From positions 13,454,001 to 13,518,000 of the forward strand of contig JBHGNT010000018.1 of assembly GCA_043228905.1 (NCBI GenBank): a DNA stretch of 64,000 nt, in the 5' to 3' direction. The position numbers were made by a program, and so were the translations under genes. Position 1 is the stretch's first letter; each line of letters starts with the position of its first letter. Below, piece by piece: positions 61,501-64,000 of the stretch. This DNA is from Azolla caroliniana (Eukaryota; Plantae; Polypodiophyta). The notes beneath the pieces are model-generated. The model ran no database searches. It was not told where the DNA came from and worked only from the letters and a program-made list of their open reading frames with translations.

Positions 61501-64000
61501 CTCTCTGCGGCGTGTCTCCGTCCAAAGGTACTGAGGGTGATCTATTTATCACATATGTCGCCGTCGACATTGCCTCAGCCCAAAATCCCTTGGGTAATTT
61601 CGCATGCGCCAGCATACTCCGGACCCTCTCCATTATGGTCCGGTTCATCCTCTCGGCCAGCCCGTTCAGTTCCGGCGTCTTCGGCACTGTAAACTCGAGT
61701 CGGATTCCCTTCGAGCGACAGTACTCCTGGAACTGCCCCCGGTATTCCCCTCCGTTATCCGCTCGTATCGCTTTCAGCTTCTTGCCGGATTCTCTCTCCA
61801 CTCTCGCGTGGAGTTCTTTGAAGACGCACAACACTTGGTCCTTTGTCTTCAACGGTGCCGTCCACAGCTTCCGGCTATGATCATCGATGAATGTTACGAA
61901 GTACTGGGCTCCGCCATGTGACTTCGTCTCTACCTGACACACGTCAGTGTGCACCAACTCCAATGGTGCGCTACGTCTCGTCGGTGGCCTTGAGTGGAAG
62001 GAGGTTCGGTTCTGTTTACCGGCCAGGCAATCGGTGCACTTCTCCAGGTGCACATGCTTCACTGGGATAAGGTTGTCTTCTACAAGCCTCTTCATCCCTT
62101 TCTCACTCATGTGGCACAGTCTCTTGTGCCACAGCTCACCGGCAGTGTCGGCTGCCACATTCAGCTCTTCCGGACATAACCAGGCATTCATCAGGTACAG
62201 TGTGTTGACCTTCCGGGCCCGAGCCACTATCAGGTTCCCCTTGCTGAACTTCATGACACCGTTCCGGATGCTACCCGTGTAGCCTTCATCATCTAGCCTC
62301 CCGGCCGAAATCAGGTTCAATCGAACCTCAGGAACGTGTCGGACATCCTTCAGCAGCATTTTGCATCCGGTCGGGGTTGTTAACCACACGTCTCCTATGC
62401 CGGCAATTCGGCACGTGCCTTCGTTTCCCATCCGAACACAGCCATGCTCGTCGGCTGTGTAGGATGAGAAGTATCTTCTCTCCGGGGTCAGGTGGAACGA
62501 TGCTCCGGAATCGACCACCCAGGTCGTCTCATCGCCGGCAATGTTTAGTTCACCTTCTTCGGTGATGAGCATGATCTCTTCCTCACTTGCCGCGAGTGCC
62601 GTTGTTCCTTTCCGGTCCTGCCCTCGCCGATCCGAACCTCTCCGGTCCGTGGCTCCCCGGTATGCACCGTTTCTCTCCGGTGACTTCTTCGAATCGGTGT
62701 CGTCGGCTCCGTTGTCCTTTCGGTAATGCCGACAATTCTTCCGGAAGTGCCCCGGCTTCCCACAGTGGAAGCACGTGGGCCTTCCTCTTGACTGCGACCG
62801 GGTCCCCGACTTCTCCTGTCTTTGCGGACTCCGGTTCCAGTGTCTTCCCCGTTCCGATTCGGTAAGCAGCGCCTTCGAGTCGGAGGCCGGTTCTTTGTCT
62901 CTCCGACGCGCTTCTTCGTTCAAAATACTTGTCTTTACCGTTTGTAGGGACAAGTTGTCTTCCGTGCAGGAGGTGCTGAGAGTCACCACCAAGTTCTCCC
63001 AGCTTTCCGGCAATGTACACATCAGGATGATGGCTTGCATTGCATCCTCCAACGGGAACTTGATCGCCGCAAGCTGATTCACGAATCCCATGAACGTGCT
63101 TACGTGTTCCACCATACTCTCGCCGTCCCGGTACTTGAGATTCACAATCTTCCTCATCAGGGAGGTCCGGTTCAACGCATTCTTCCTCTCGTAGAGGCCC
63201 GACAGCTTCTTCCACATCTCATATGCGTTGGTGTCGTTCGCCACATGTTGTAGGACGCTTACGTCGACATATTGTCGGATTGTCGCTACGGCTTTCCGGT
63301 TCAGGAGCTTCCACTCCGACTCAAGTACCCCTTTCGGTATTTCCGACCTGTCAATCGGTTCGTACAGGTCCCGAACAATCAGAAGATCCTCCATCTTGAT
63401 CTTCCAGTCGGCGTAATTTTGTGCATTCAGCACCATCATCATCGGCTGCCCGCTGCCGCCGCCTTCCATTTTCTGCAACAGTCGCTCTGATACCAGTTTG
63501 TAAGGAAATCACCGCTTGGATTCACCTTCTTCGCTCGGCCACAACCGATTAATCGCGGATCAATGTAGCAGAAAATAGGAAATACAGAGAAAGACGCGAT
63601 ACACAGAGATTAACGTGGAAAACCCTATACGGGAAAAACCACGGGAGTGCGAGACTCCGAACCAAAACTATGCACAGAGAAATATACAATGGCGAGCTGC
63701 AAGGCAACGACCTTGAGCTCGCTGTCCTCGCCACAGGCGGCGGAAGTACACAGAGGCGTCTACCTCTTCGTCTCTCTCGCGCTCTATCTCTCTCTCTCTC
63801 TCGGCTGCTCTCACTTCGCATGGAAAAATAAGCAACAACATAAACTGTTTGCCCTAAGTCATATTTATACATATATGACTTTCGGGCTATTTACAAATAT
63901 AGCCACAAGGGCTCTTAGCAAACATATTCACAAATATGTCCCCGCATCCGAATCTCTATCCGGGTACTCTTCATCCGGCTCCGTAACCGGGGTCTTCATC
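58565..64000 (-). mobile_element. Intact very young Ty1/copia (Tnt1/Tork-like); 3' LTR 58565-59385, 5' LTR from 63499 running off the window
   Basis: LTR copies look identical over the roughly 500 bp visible; PBS TGGTATCAGAGC 63495-63484; PPT 59386-59400; predicted TSD GTCAA. Confidence 0.96.
59396..63469 (-). CDS. Copia Gag-Pol polyprotein (about 1357 aa from the ATG at 63469)
   Basis: Uninterrupted ORF with CFHCGKPGHFRKNC, WVVDSGAS, WHKRLCH, HTDVC, ADNGGEY, LYVDD, FTDSD, SDMLTK. Confidence 0.97.
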   Translation of the reverse strand: MEGGGSGQPMMMVLNAQNYADWKIKMEDLLIVRDLYEPIDRSEIPKGVLESEWKLLNRKAVATIRQYVDVSVLQHVANDTNAYEMWKKLSGLYERKNALNRTSLMRKIVNLKYRDGESMVEHVSTFMGFVNQLAAIKFPLEDAMQAIILMCTLPESWENLVVTLSTSCTEDNLSLQTVKTSILNEEARRRDKEPASDSKALLTESERGRHWNRSPQRQEKSGTRSQSRGRPTCFHCGKPGHFRKNCRHYRKDNGADDTDSKKSPERNGAYRGATDRRGSDRRGQDRKGTTALAASEEEIMLITEEGELNIAGDETTWVVDSGASFHLTPERRYFSSYTADEHGCVRMGNEGTCRIAGIGDVWLTTPTGCKMLLKDVRHVPEVRLNLISAGRLDDEGYTGSIRNGVMKFSKGNLIVARARKVNTLYLMNAWLCPEELNVAADTAGELWHKRLCHMSEKGMKRLVEDNLIPVKHVHLEKCTDCLAGKQNRTSFHSRPPTRRSAPLELVHTDVCQVETKSHGGAQYFVTFIDDHSRKLWTAPLKTKDQVLCVFKELHARVERESGKKLKAIRADNGGEYRGQFQEYCRSKGIRLEFTVPKTPELNGLAERMNRTIMERVRSMLAHAKLPKGFWAEAMSTATYVINRSPSVPLDGDTPQRVWTGKEVSYRHLKVFGCLAYVHVAKDRRGKLDPKTRPCIFLGYGDDEFGYRVWDPVDKKIFRSRDIIFMENKTLADWESEKKMKSSKSTGEDQLYEEQSRPARDRLALEDPAEDGEETEPAEEDENDTGTGPDPEMDSDEEESEEPVTEAPERRYPLRERRAPRRFPEPEHVLLTDEGEPESFEEAKHDTQSRRWLSAMQDEMDSLHENHTYELVELPKGKRALRNKWVFKLKPGDAGNPPRYKARIVVKGFQQKKGVDFDEIFAPVVKMTSIRTVLSIAASMDLEVEQMDVKTAFLHGDLEEEIYMQQPEGFEKKGKEHLVCRLKKSLYGLKQAPRQWYRKFDSFMTDEGYLKTQSDHCVFVKKFEGGDFLILLLYVDDMLIVGRDQVKIRMLKKALHRTFSMKDLGPARQILGMHIIRDRSKKQLWLSQEKYVTKVLQRFNMSEARPVGSTLPANCKLSSKQSPKTKAEKEDMMKVPYASAVGSLMYAMVCTRPDIGYAVGVVSRYMSNPGKEHWNAVKWILRYLKGTANVCLRFGSGKPELDGFTDSDMSADADTSRSTSGYVMTYAGGAVSWQSRLQKTVALSTTEAEYMAAVEAGKEIIWMKDFIRELGIRQEEYRLYCDSQSAIHLAKNAAYHSRTKHIQRRYHWIRERIEDKEFVLTKIHTNENGSDMLTKVLTPDKLEACRKRIGLERHPMPK

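Noticed and set aside
59501-63490. Many plus-strand and alternative-frame ORFs over the intact copia
   Set aside because: Shadow ORFs expected from GC-rich codon usage; no independent motifs.

Overview
Eukaryotic plant nuclear DNA, probably from a non-seed plant (inferred from the Tcn1-type chromoviruses). The window is almost entirely nested transposons: Ty1/copia elements (two with uninterrupted gag-pol ORFs), Ty3/gypsy chromoviruses, a non-chromovirus (Athila/Tat-like) gypsy family, solo LTRs, a LINE remnant and a TIR DNA transposon holding a foldback. They surround one small three-exon host gene of the A_thal_3526 family (27243-28194, minus strand). The main observation concerns two related gypsy elements (12510-14703 and 39892-49355). 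Where the polypurine tract should be, both carry a copy of a tRNA-Arg 3' half ending in CCA, split at A58 by a covarying hairpin. The complete copy also has a normal tRNA-Arg PBS at its other end, suggesting plus-strand priming by a second tRNA or tRNA mimic. Two Tcn1-like chromoviruses show an 11-nt covarying self-priming PBS, a -1 frameshift slippery site with pseudoknot, heat-shock-element arrays and antisense tRNA-like A/B-box modules in U3. All coordinates were read by eye; family and tRNA assignments come from recalled motifs, not database searches.
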